Shown: in pieces, positions 27,820 to 34,988 of the stretch
Layout: each line of letters begins with the position of its first letter
Position numbering within the stretch: position 1 is the first letter of the stretch
IMG/VR virus record: IMGVR_UViG_3300042465_004126
Span: 1-56,889 of that record
Source of the DNA: a virus
Taxonomy: Duplodnaviria > Caudoviricetes
Strand: one strand, 5' to 3'
DNA: 56,889 nucleotides
Notes under the pieces: generated by a model
The model's input: only the letters and a program-made list of their open reading frames with translations
Told to the model about the DNA's origin: nothing
Databases searched by the model: none
Made by a program: the position numbers and the translations under genes

Positions 27820-28745
27820 AACTCCTTCTCAGGTATATAAGTGTTTTTAGGTTTGCCCTCACCCAGCACCGTGCGGCAGTATTTACTGTACTCACACATG
27901 CAGTTCTGCACGTCGTGCAGCGTTAAGTCAGTTATGTTCAATTCGTTCGCGATGCTGTTATTTATATCTTGTAACGCTGAGGTGAACCCGCCTGATTTCC
28001 AAGCCGCAAACGGTGCCCGCCCATGCAAGTAATTTAACCCCCGCAGGCTCCCCGGTCCCATAGGGGCATAGCTATAAAGGTCTGCCGCGCAGCTGAGGTG
28101 GCTATCTGGGTGATAAGTGAGGTCAGCGGCTACTTGCCCGGCCATGAACGTGCTAACGCCGAAACACGTGGATAACGCAGCGACAAACCTTTCAATGCTA
28201 CCCCCCGCCTCCAAGTCCTCTCGCCAGAGCTCATTATGGATAAGAGAGGCGTTTTGAACCACGCTACCGATAATGTACTTGGCCACGGTGCGAGCTTTGT
28301 TGATACCCGGGTTTTTAGTGGGGTAGAGCATATATGCCCCCGAATACACTTTAACCCCGGTAGCACGCAGAGCCTCAAGCACCGACTCAAACCGGGCGGC
28401 ATCGAACTTCGCAGGCGAGCATGGTAGAACCCCCGACTGAATCAAAGCCTGCAGGGTTGGGGGCCAGTTTACTAGGCGAGCCACCAACAACGTGAACCAC
28501 AAATCAAGCCGGTTCTCGTTAAGTTGCATCAAGTGTTTGATAACCCACTGAGAGACTCGGTCATCCCGGCGACGGATGTTGGTGAACTTGTACTTCTGCA
28601 GTACGGGGTCGGCGGTCCAGGGTGCGGGGTGCCCGTTCTCTTTTGCTAAACGAATGGCCTCTCGCTCCCAGATGAAATACAGCAAGCCCGGCATCGAGCA
28701 TACGGTTTCTGCAGTGGGGCGGGGGTAAGGGCAAGACCCAATCAC
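27816..28745 (-). CDS. aGPT-Pplase1 / 5-hmdU DNA kinase helical-domain family protein
   Basis: 'FIWERE.IR...PWT.DPVLQ.YKFTN.RR.DDR.S', 'SGAYM', 'FMAGQV.ADL.Y', 'GPGS.RGL', 'D.QN.MCEYSKY'. Confidence 0.85.
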   Translation of the reverse strand: MIGSCPYPRPTAETVCSMPGLLYFIWEREAIRLAKENGHPAPWTADPVLQKYKFTNIRRRDDRVSQWVIKHLMQLNENRLDLWFTLLVARLVNWPPTLQALIQSGVLPCSPAKFDAARFESVLEALRATGVKVYSGAYMLYPTKNPGINKARTVAKYIIGSVVQNASLIHNELWREDLEAGGSIERFVAALSTCFGVSTFMAGQVAADLTYHPDSHLSCAADLYSYAPMGPGSLRGLNYLHGRAPFAAWKSGGFTSALQDINNSIANELNITDLTLHDVQNCMCEYSKYCRTVLGEGKPKNTYIPEKEF

Positions 28746-29323
28746 TGCTCAGCCCCCCGCAAGTAAACCACCACCCCGCCCACCGCATCGGTATAATCGA
28801 GCCAGCGCACATCGTACCCCCCGGCCAGCGTCAGCAGCTCAGCGCTGCGGTGGCATTGCTCATACGCGCTGCGCATAGTCTTGCCAGGGTCGAACATTTT
28901 ATCGTTACCAGCTGCGGCGCGACGCTGTAGCACCCGCTCCAGGCAGGTCTCCCACGGGGTGTCCAGGAACGCAAAGATGGCGCCATGGTCTTTGAGGATA
29001 GGGGCTACGTGGCCGCCCGCGCTGGACTTGCTCATAAGCAGCCCTTCAACGAGCACGTGCCCTAGCGCATGGGCTTTGACTACACGCCCGGCAATCTCCT
29101 CCTGCGTGTTGATACCGTCGGTGCCGCCGCAGGTGTTCTCGTAACTGCCGACCACAAAGACCGGCACCGAGATACCCCAAGCGGAGGCGTCCACAGTGTA
29201 CCCAGCGGGGCGACCCGGCTTACCCCCGAGGGGTTGACAAGGTAGCCGATCCAGGAACCGACGCACGATGGTGGTCTTGCCCGAGCCGTTGCAGCCTCGA
29301 ATATTGACGATTTGGTGTTTCAT
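28742..29323 (-). CDS. P-loop nucleotide/DNA kinase (5-hmdU kinase candidate)
   Basis: 'IRGCNGSGKTT', 'GSY...CGG.D.I', 'VEGLL.S', 'LDTP.E.CL.RV..RR'. Confidence 0.82.
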   Translation of the reverse strand: MKHQIVNIRGCNGSGKTTIVRRFLDRLPCQPLGGKPGRPAGYTVDASAWGISVPVFVVGSYENTCGGTDGINTQEEIAGRVVKAHALGHVLVEGLLMSKSSAGGHVAPILKDHGAIFAFLDTPWETCLERVLQRRAAAGNDKMFDPGKTMRSAYEQCHRSAELLTLAGGYDVRWLDYTDAVGGVVVYLRGAEQ

Positions 29324-29327
29324 TCAG

Positions 29328-30317
29328 TTATTCCGTTATAAAGTGTTCAAGACGGTATGCTCTACCCGTCTCAGCAAACATTTTAGCCTTATTTGCGCGG
29401 GGTGTTTTCTTTGCGTCGCACTCTACCCGCAGCCAGTCCGGCAGGTGCCCCGCCCGTATAGCTTTAAACGGCTCAGTCTCCCGCTTGAAGTTGCGCTCGT
29501 CATACCACAGGATGCGCTCTTGAGCCATGTCCGCGTAAACGCCTGGGTACCGACGGCTGAAGAACCCATTCTTGAACTGGCAGTACTGGCTCTCAAGGGT
29601 GAAGTAACCCGCATCAGGGTGCTCTACTCCGTTTAAAACCTGGTCTGACTTGTCTCGCAGCCAGTCACACATGCCCGCGAAATTATCGTACTTACCGTCA
29701 AACCCGTTGCCCGCCCGCTTATCAAACACGAGGTGATCCAACCCCTGCAGGAACAGCGCCCCGTTGCGGTGCGACCGGGAGCCGTCAAAGTCTTCAAACA
29801 TGAGGTCAGTGCACGCTGCCCCAAACCCCATTATACGTACATACTCTAGGTATGAGAACGCGCTCAGCCGCCCAAAACTAAATATCTGCGTCGCAGTGTT
29901 CCAGCATTCCTGGTACGTTTTGCCGCTCCAGAGCGCGGCCTGCGACCCCGCTGCGCGGGCGAGTTTGCTGTAACTGTGTAAGGCTTTAAGCGTGTTGCGT
30001 TTGTTCTTGACGCGGTCGGTGTCAAACTGCAGCGTAACCCACTCAGCGTTAAACCACTCGTCTAGCTCCCGCCAGTGGGCGGGCATACGCGGGATCTCTG
30101 GCGACTTGTTAAAGATACGCAAAGAAGTTATGGGGTTCTGGGTGCAGCCGTTAATGACTGCAAACCAGAGCCGTTGCTCAGCACCCCAGCTGTAATGTGC
30201 GGCCAACTCAGGCATGTACAGGTAGACCAACCCGGGCATGACCCGGTGCTCAAGGTTCATCAAATACAGGTCTTTAAAGTACTTGGCTCTATGTTCTTTA
30301 AGGCGATAATCAATCAT
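29328..30317 (-). CDS. aGPT-Pplase2 / amino acid:DNA transferase-like protein
   Basis: 'DYRL..HR..YF', 'W.A.ING.TQNP.TS', 'FDTDR', HhH-like 'FGRLSAFSYLEY', 'GSRSHRNG', 'TLES..C..K...RRYPGVY.DM'. Confidence 0.8.
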   Translation of the reverse strand: MIDYRLKEHRAKYFKDLYLMNLEHRVMPGLVYLYMPELAAHYSWGAEQRLWFAVINGCTQNPITSLRIFNKSPEIPRMPAHWRELDEWFNAEWVTLQFDTDRVKNKRNTLKALHSYSKLARAAGSQAALWSGKTYQECWNTATQIFSFGRLSAFSYLEYVRIMGFGAACTDLMFEDFDGSRSHRNGALFLQGLDHLVFDKRAGNGFDGKYDNFAGMCDWLRDKSDQVLNGVEHPDAGYFTLESQYCQFKNGFFSRRYPGVYADMAQERILWYDERNFKRETEPFKAIRAGHLPDWLRVECDAKKTPRANKAKMFAETGRAYRLEHFITE

Positions 30318-30526
30318 GGTATAACCCCTGCAAGATGAGCCTGGGCATCATCAAAGGCTTCAAACAGGTGCCGGGTGGAGCGGTTTTCTTCAACGTCCTC
30401 CTGGACGTGAGTGAGCAGGGTACTAAGTACCCGCGCAGTGTCCATGTGCTCAGCTATGGCGGCTGCGAGCCGGGTGTCGCCTGAAATGTAAGCCCGCCGC
30501 TCGCGTTCGGTTAAAAGTAATTTCAT
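30314..30526 (-). CDS. Hypothetical protein
   Basis: 'ERERRAYISGD'; ATGA coupling on both sides inside the modification cluster. Confidence 0.6.
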   Translation of the reverse strand: MKLLLTERERRAYISGDTRLAAAIAEHMDTARVLSTLLTHVQEDVEENRSTRHLFEAFDDAQAHLAGVIP

Positions 30527-31527
30527 GCTGCCTCCGGGTGTGTGTAGAAAGGCTTAACCACGTTGACATCTGGTGCGCTACCGACTATCCAAAAACCGAC
30601 TGAGTCATTCTTAGGCAGAACATTGCCGAGAACGTTTTGCGCTTTGAGCCAGCGCCACATTTTGGCCTCATACGTGGGGTGAAAGTTGATTCCCGCATAA
30701 GTCTCACCCTTGAAAGCATCGCTGTACTTACTGTAGCCGGTGTCATGTAAGCTGAAGTGCTCCCATTCAAACGGCAGGTTATTAACATCCACCCCGATTA
30801 AATCCAACCTCTCTCGCATCCAGGAGCGTTTGTCAGGGCCAATGCCTAGGGTGAGCAACCGGGATACGCTCCGGGGAGATCTGGACAGCCCGAGGAGTAT
30901 GCTCGTCAGGGAGTTACACGAGCCCGCCGGGGCTATCAACGTAGTAACCTCGTCGGGGAGGTTGGATACCTGGTGTGCGCCGACTTCGTGGAACTTGCGC
31001 ACTGTCTCAGCGTCGTAGGTTTTGTGGTCTACGGTGATGCCATACTCTACGACGAGCGAGTCACCCCGCTTGAGATCGGCCACTTTACGCTGCAGTATGG
31101 GGTTGTACGGCCCGTTGGCGTATTCAAACGCAGCCCCGAAGCCCGCAGCCACTTGTGGGTTGACATGCTTCAACACGGTCTCGGGTTTGCTATAGACGAC
31201 CTGCCGGCAGCGGAGCCCGTAGTGCGCCCCCACAATAGCCGACATGCTCAGCTGCGGGGACTGGATGCTTGCCCCAGTGAGCACGTGCGTCTTGCCACCC
31301 CGGTAGCGGTTCATATACCAGATGAGCTGGCGCATCTTGCTGCCGTTAGGGCCACCGTACCCCAGCGGGGCGAAGTAGTCCTCGCGCTTAAACCAGATGC
31401 CTTCCCGGTTCTGCCACGGGGTGAGCGTGGCCAGTTGGGACTCCCAGGCGAGCTGGGAATGGTTTATAGTGAGAGAGGGGAAGACGGTTTCAATCATTTG
31501 AGGGCCACTCGAGTATTTCGTTTTCAA
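30523..31527 (-). CDS. PLP-dependent enzyme, fold type II (DNA-modification decarboxylase candidate)
   Basis: 'LTP......FKREDY......NGSKMRQ' (PLP lysine), 'SPQ', 'PAGSCNS', 'HPTYEAK'. Confidence 0.85.
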   Translation of the reverse strand: MKTKYSSGPQMIETVFPSLTINHSQLAWESQLATLTPWQNREGIWFKREDYFAPLGYGGPNGSKMRQLIWYMNRYRGGKTHVLTGASIQSPQLSMSAIVGAHYGLRCRQVVYSKPETVLKHVNPQVAAGFGAAFEYANGPYNPILQRKVADLKRGDSLVVEYGITVDHKTYDAETVRKFHEVGAHQVSNLPDEVTTLIAPAGSCNSLTSILLGLSRSPRSVSRLLTLGIGPDKRSWMRERLDLIGVDVNNLPFEWEHFSLHDTGYSKYSDAFKGETYAGINFHPTYEAKMWRWLKAQNVLGNVLPKNDSVGFWIVGSAPDVNVVKPFYTHPEAA

Positions 31528-31738
31528 TCCTAGCGACGTCGTCAGCGGTGAGCTTTTTAGCCAACCACGGAGCGGGGCGACCTCGGCGGTCGCAGAGCTC
31601 CCAGTCTATTTCGGAGTAGCCGTGGTAGTCGTGGTCGCTAGCGGCGTGGTAGTTGTAACTACCTTTGACCACATTCACATAGTCAATCCGGGCTGTGCAG
31701 GGTATACCCGCAACCCGAGTCTCCATTAACGTGCTCAC
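31490..31738 (-). CDS. Hypothetical phage protein
   Basis: 'ETRVAGIPC...AASD.DY.GY.E..W...DRRGR.A.WL..KLT..D..RI'. Confidence 0.7.
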   Translation of the reverse strand: MSTLMETRVAGIPCTARIDYVNVVKGSYNYHAASDHDYHGYSEIDWELCDRRGRPAPWLAKKLTADDVARIENEILEWPSND

Positions 31739-32193
31739 GAGAAGAACTCCTGCAGCCGTTTATATAGGGCGTGGGCCTGAGCAAGGGTCATCTTTTCGAT
31801 ATCAATCGCCACGGGGGTAACGGGTTGTGGCGGGGAACGAAGGAACCGCTGCTCAACGTCGGGTTTTGCGGGGGGTACAACTTTTGCGCGAGGCACGACC
31901 GGCAGCAGTTCGTATTTTTGCCCTACGGTAGAATACTGTGCAATTTGCCGATTAACCGTAGAATTCTTTGGCCCTTTCATGCGGACGCGCTCTTTGTGAG
32001 AGACGATAACCATCCCGCGAGAACACATTCCGCTGAGTGCCGAGGCCACGTCGTTGTGGGGGGCATTTATTATTTCAGATATTGCTTTGCTCGAGCGGGG
32101 TATCTTTGAGTCGTGTAGTACCTGCCAAACGCGCTTGCGTAGGGGTGGGAGCTTAACACCGGCTTGGGTTAATGCGGTAGAGATTGTATTCAT
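31735..32193 (-). CDS. Putative winged-helix DNA-binding protein
   Basis: 'RVWQ.LHD....S..IS......VAS.LS.M..RGMV'; C-terminal 'I..MTL.QA.ALY..L..FF'. Confidence 0.55.
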   Translation of the reverse strand: MNTISTALTQAGVKLPPLRKRVWQVLHDSKIPRSSKAISEIINAPHNDVASALSGMCSRGMVIVSHKERVRMKGPKNSTVNRQIAQYSTVGQKYELLPVVPRAKVVPPAKPDVEQRFLRSPPQPVTPVAIDIEKMTLAQAHALYKRLQEFFS

Positions 32194-32216
32194 AATTATC
32201 TTTCAGTTATAGAGTT

Positions 32217-32240
32217 AAAAGAATAGGGGCCGAAGCCCCC
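32217..32240 (-). terminator. Rho-independent terminator
   Basis: Minus strand GGGGC-TTCG-GCCCC-TATTCTTTT. Confidence 0.75.
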
Positions 32241-32247
32241 GTTTGGT

Positions 32248-32880
32248 TTACCTGACAGCTAAGGCAAACAAGTGCCCGTTGATGCTGATGCTCATCAGGC
32301 GGTTGCCCTGCTTTGCGGCCCCGTACAACACCGCTGACAGGCGGTCACCCTGGCTAGCGGAGACCAGACCTGCCTTCCACACTTGGCAGGCGTTCTTGTA
32401 GACGATACCAGTCAGCACGGATTCGATCTGACGGTCCAGCTTCAAACTCTTGACCATTTCTGGGCGCGAAGCGATAGGCTTACCACTGGGGCGGACATAG
32501 TGGTTGGGGATAGCCGGGCCGAACTCTTTACCGCAGCCCAGGCATTCGAATTCGTATTTGTCGTGCTTGATGCGCTTGCCGTTGACTTCCTGGTTATGCT
32601 GGCCAACGCCGTTAGCAAGGTCGATGCCGCAGGAAGGGCAAACATTGTGACCATACTCACGCATGAGGCGGGATTCGCAGGGGTTGATGTCTTGAGCGGC
32701 TTGCTGGTAGTCGGGGTTGGCCGCTACCATTGCCTGAGTTTCAGCGAACATCTCATCGGCGAGGGCTTGGCAGCGGCGCTCGGCGGTCTTGCGGTCAGCG
32801 AACTTCTTGACTTGAGCGCCGCCGGTGTTAGCGTTGAAGAAGGCCAGCAGTTCAGCGGTGGTAGCGGTAGATACATTCAT
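32248..32880 (-). CDS. Early protein with zinc ribbon
   Basis: 'VKKFADRKTAERR', CPSC...CLGC; GGAG RBS. Confidence 0.7.
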   Translation of the reverse strand: MNVSTATTAELLAFFNANTGGAQVKKFADRKTAERRCQALADEMFAETQAMVAANPDYQQAAQDINPCESRLMREYGHNVCPSCGIDLANGVGQHNQEVNGKRIKHDKYEFECLGCGKEFGPAIPNHYVRPSGKPIASRPEMVKSLKLDRQIESVLTGIVYKNACQVWKAGLVSASQGDRLSAVLYGAAKQGNRLMSISINGHLFALAVR

Positions 32881-32909
32881 TTTCAGTTACTCCAGTTAAG
32901 TTAGTTTGT

Positions 32910-33149
32910 TCAAATCATTTTGCGAAGGTGGCTGCTACCTTCACGAACCTCAAGCCCCCCACGCGGGCCGATGAAAGCCAGGAAAAACTCATGGGCGACA
33001 TACCAGGGGCAGCCGATGTTGCTGGCGCTGATCATGACGGGCTTGCTTTTGATCTTATCTAGCACGGTGACCTCGAAGGACATATTGTCAACGAGTTGGC
33101 TCAGGCGAGACGTGAGGTGTTTGACGGTTGCAAGTTGTTTTGAATTCAT
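32910..33149 (-). CDS. Early hypothetical protein
   Basis: GGAG RBS; first gene after promoter; 'FIGPRGG'. Confidence 0.65.
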   Translation of the reverse strand: MNSKQLATVKHLTSRLSQLVDNMSFEVTVLDKIKSKPVMISASNIGCPWYVAHEFFLAFIGPRGGLEVREGSSHLRKMI

Positions 33150-33206
33150 TTTCAGTTACTCCAGTTAAATAAGTTAAAGTGACATCTGGTTTGGGGCCAG
33201 TGGAGT

Positions 33207-33249
33207 GAATTTTAGGTGCATATTCGGCAGCAGGTAAAGTTGTATTTTT
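33207..33249 (-). promoter_or_regulatory. Sigma70-like early promoter
   Basis: Minus strand AAAAATACAAC-TTTACC-18nt-TAAAAT-TC in the divergent intergenic region. Confidence 0.75.
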
Positions 33250-33348
33250 GAATGGACTTCGTGTTCTTGATTGGGAAAAACAATTTTGCTTTTACGCCGG
33301 TTGTCAGCGAAAATAAAAGGCCAACTTGTTTTAACTCTTATAACTCGC

Positions 33349-34914
33349 ATGCAACTCAGACCTTACCAACGCTCGGCTGCGCAGGCCGCACTCACCGCCC
33401 TACAGCACGGAAGCAACCCCGCCCTACAGCTAGCTACCGGCACGGGCAAGTCCCTCATCATCGCTGAAATTGCGCACCACCTGCACGGGAACGCGGGGCG
33501 CACTTGGGTGCTAAGCCATGCGCAGCAGTTGATAGGGCAGAACGCTGACACTTTCACCAGCCATACGGGTCTCCCAGCTGGAATAGTGTGCTCAGGGCTG
33601 AACCGGGCAGACTACCACCAGCCCGTCACCTTCGCTACCATACAGTCTATGGTGTCGCCGGGGTTGCGCGGTGACCTGCCCGAGCCACACCTCATCATAG
33701 TGGACGAGGCGCACCGCGTGCCCCACAAAACCGGTGAGCAGGGCCAGTACGAGAGGCTGCTCAGCCGTTACCCCGAGGCGCGACGCATAGCTATGACCGC
33801 AACGCCGTGGCGTACCGACGGGGGGCTCATTTACGGAGCGGGGGCGGGGTTCTGGTTTGACCGGCTGGCGTACCGTTATACCGTGCCCGAGGCCGTGCGG
33901 GACGGCTGGCTGAGCCCGCTGGTGGGGGTTGAGACCGAAGAGCAGCTGGCACTAGATGAGGAGCCCCTGGGTGGTGACTTCATCATGGCGGACGTAGCCG
34001 AGCGACAGACCGCAGTGTGGCTTAAAGGGGTGGCGGAGTCTATAGCCAAGTTGGGCGCTAATCGTAAACACATCGCGGTGTACTGCCCTAACCTCACGGC
34101 TGCGGCCCGGGCAGCTGGAGCAATAGCTCGGGCCACTGGCTGGAATACCGGCATATTGTCGGGTGGAATGGCTAAGGAAGCCCGGCAAGACGCCCTGCAG
34201 CGGTTCCGCTCGGGGCAGATGCGGGTGCTGTGCTCAGTGGACACCATTACCACGGGGTTTGATTTCCCCGCATTAGACTGCATCGTTTGTCTTCGGCCCA
34301 CAACGGCGTCTAATTTGTGGGTGCAGATTATGGGCCGGGGCACGCGGCTCAGCCCGGGTAAAGTAAACTGCCTGCTACTCGACTACGTGGGCAACCTGCA
34401 GCGCCTGGGCGGGGTGGACATGCTTGAATCATTTGTCAAGGAGCGTTCCCCGCATGAGCCCCTGCCGGCGCTGCCCGCCCCCCGGCGCGAACCTCGGCGG
34501 GTGTTGCCCGGGGTGCGCACCTTGGCGGTGCTGGACCCCACCTCCGGCGAGCAAGCCCGCGACGGGGCCACGCTACAACTGGAGGTTCACGCGGTCAGCT
34601 GTGTGGCTATACCTACCCGGCGCAGCCCTACGCAGCCGGTGCTCCTCGTGCAGTATGCCTGCACCACGGTGGAAGGTGCGCGGGTGGATGCCTCCGCGTT
34701 CATCACCACTGAGACCAGCAACGCTGAGGCTGAAGACTTTTTTGCTCGGCGGGCGTTGGCGGTGCGGCTCCCCACAGCGGCCCGCAACGTGACTTGGCAG
34801 ATGAAAGGGGCAGCCCAACCCGCCTATATTACGGCACGCAAAAGCGGAAAATATTGGAACTGCGTAAACGAAAATTTTGGGGCTATAATTACCGCAGAAC
34901 ACCGGCTAGGGTAG
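33349..34914 (+). CDS. Superfamily 2 DNA helicase (RadD/YejH-like)
   Basis: 'QLRPYQ', 'ATGTGKS', 'DEAH', 'MTATP.R', 'TTGFD.P', 'QIMGRGTR..PGK..CLLLDY.GN'. Confidence 0.92.
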   Translation: MQLRPYQRSAAQAALTALQHGSNPALQLATGTGKSLIIAEIAHHLHGNAGRTWVLSHAQQLIGQNADTFTSHTGLPAGIVCSGLNRADYHQPVTFATIQSMVSPGLRGDLPEPHLIIVDEAHRVPHKTGEQGQYERLLSRYPEARRIAMTATPWRTDGGLIYGAGAGFWFDRLAYRYTVPEAVRDGWLSPLVGVETEEQLALDEEPLGGDFIMADVAERQTAVWLKGVAESIAKLGANRKHIAVYCPNLTAAARAAGAIARATGWNTGILSGGMAKEARQDALQRFRSGQMRVLCSVDTITTGFDFPALDCIVCLRPTTASNLWVQIMGRGTRLSPGKVNCLLLDYVGNLQRLGGVDMLESFVKERSPHEPLPALPAPRREPRRVLPGVRTLAVLDPTSGEQARDGATLQLEVHAVSCVAIPTRRSPTQPVLLVQYACTTVEGARVDASAFITTETSNAEAEDFFARRALAVRLPTAARNVTWQMKGAAQPAYITARKSGKYWNCVNENFGAIITAEHRLG

Positions 34915-34988
34915 CTCCCGAAGCAGTGGTTGACCCCCACTTGCCGGATGTTTTTATTTTAGGGTCGCAACACATTGGTTAGGTCACA

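Noticed and set aside
30523-31527. Auxiliary metabolic ACC deaminase or cysteine desulfhydrase
   Set aside because: It has the same fold, but it is coupled to DNA-modification genes, which fits a DNA-tailoring role better.
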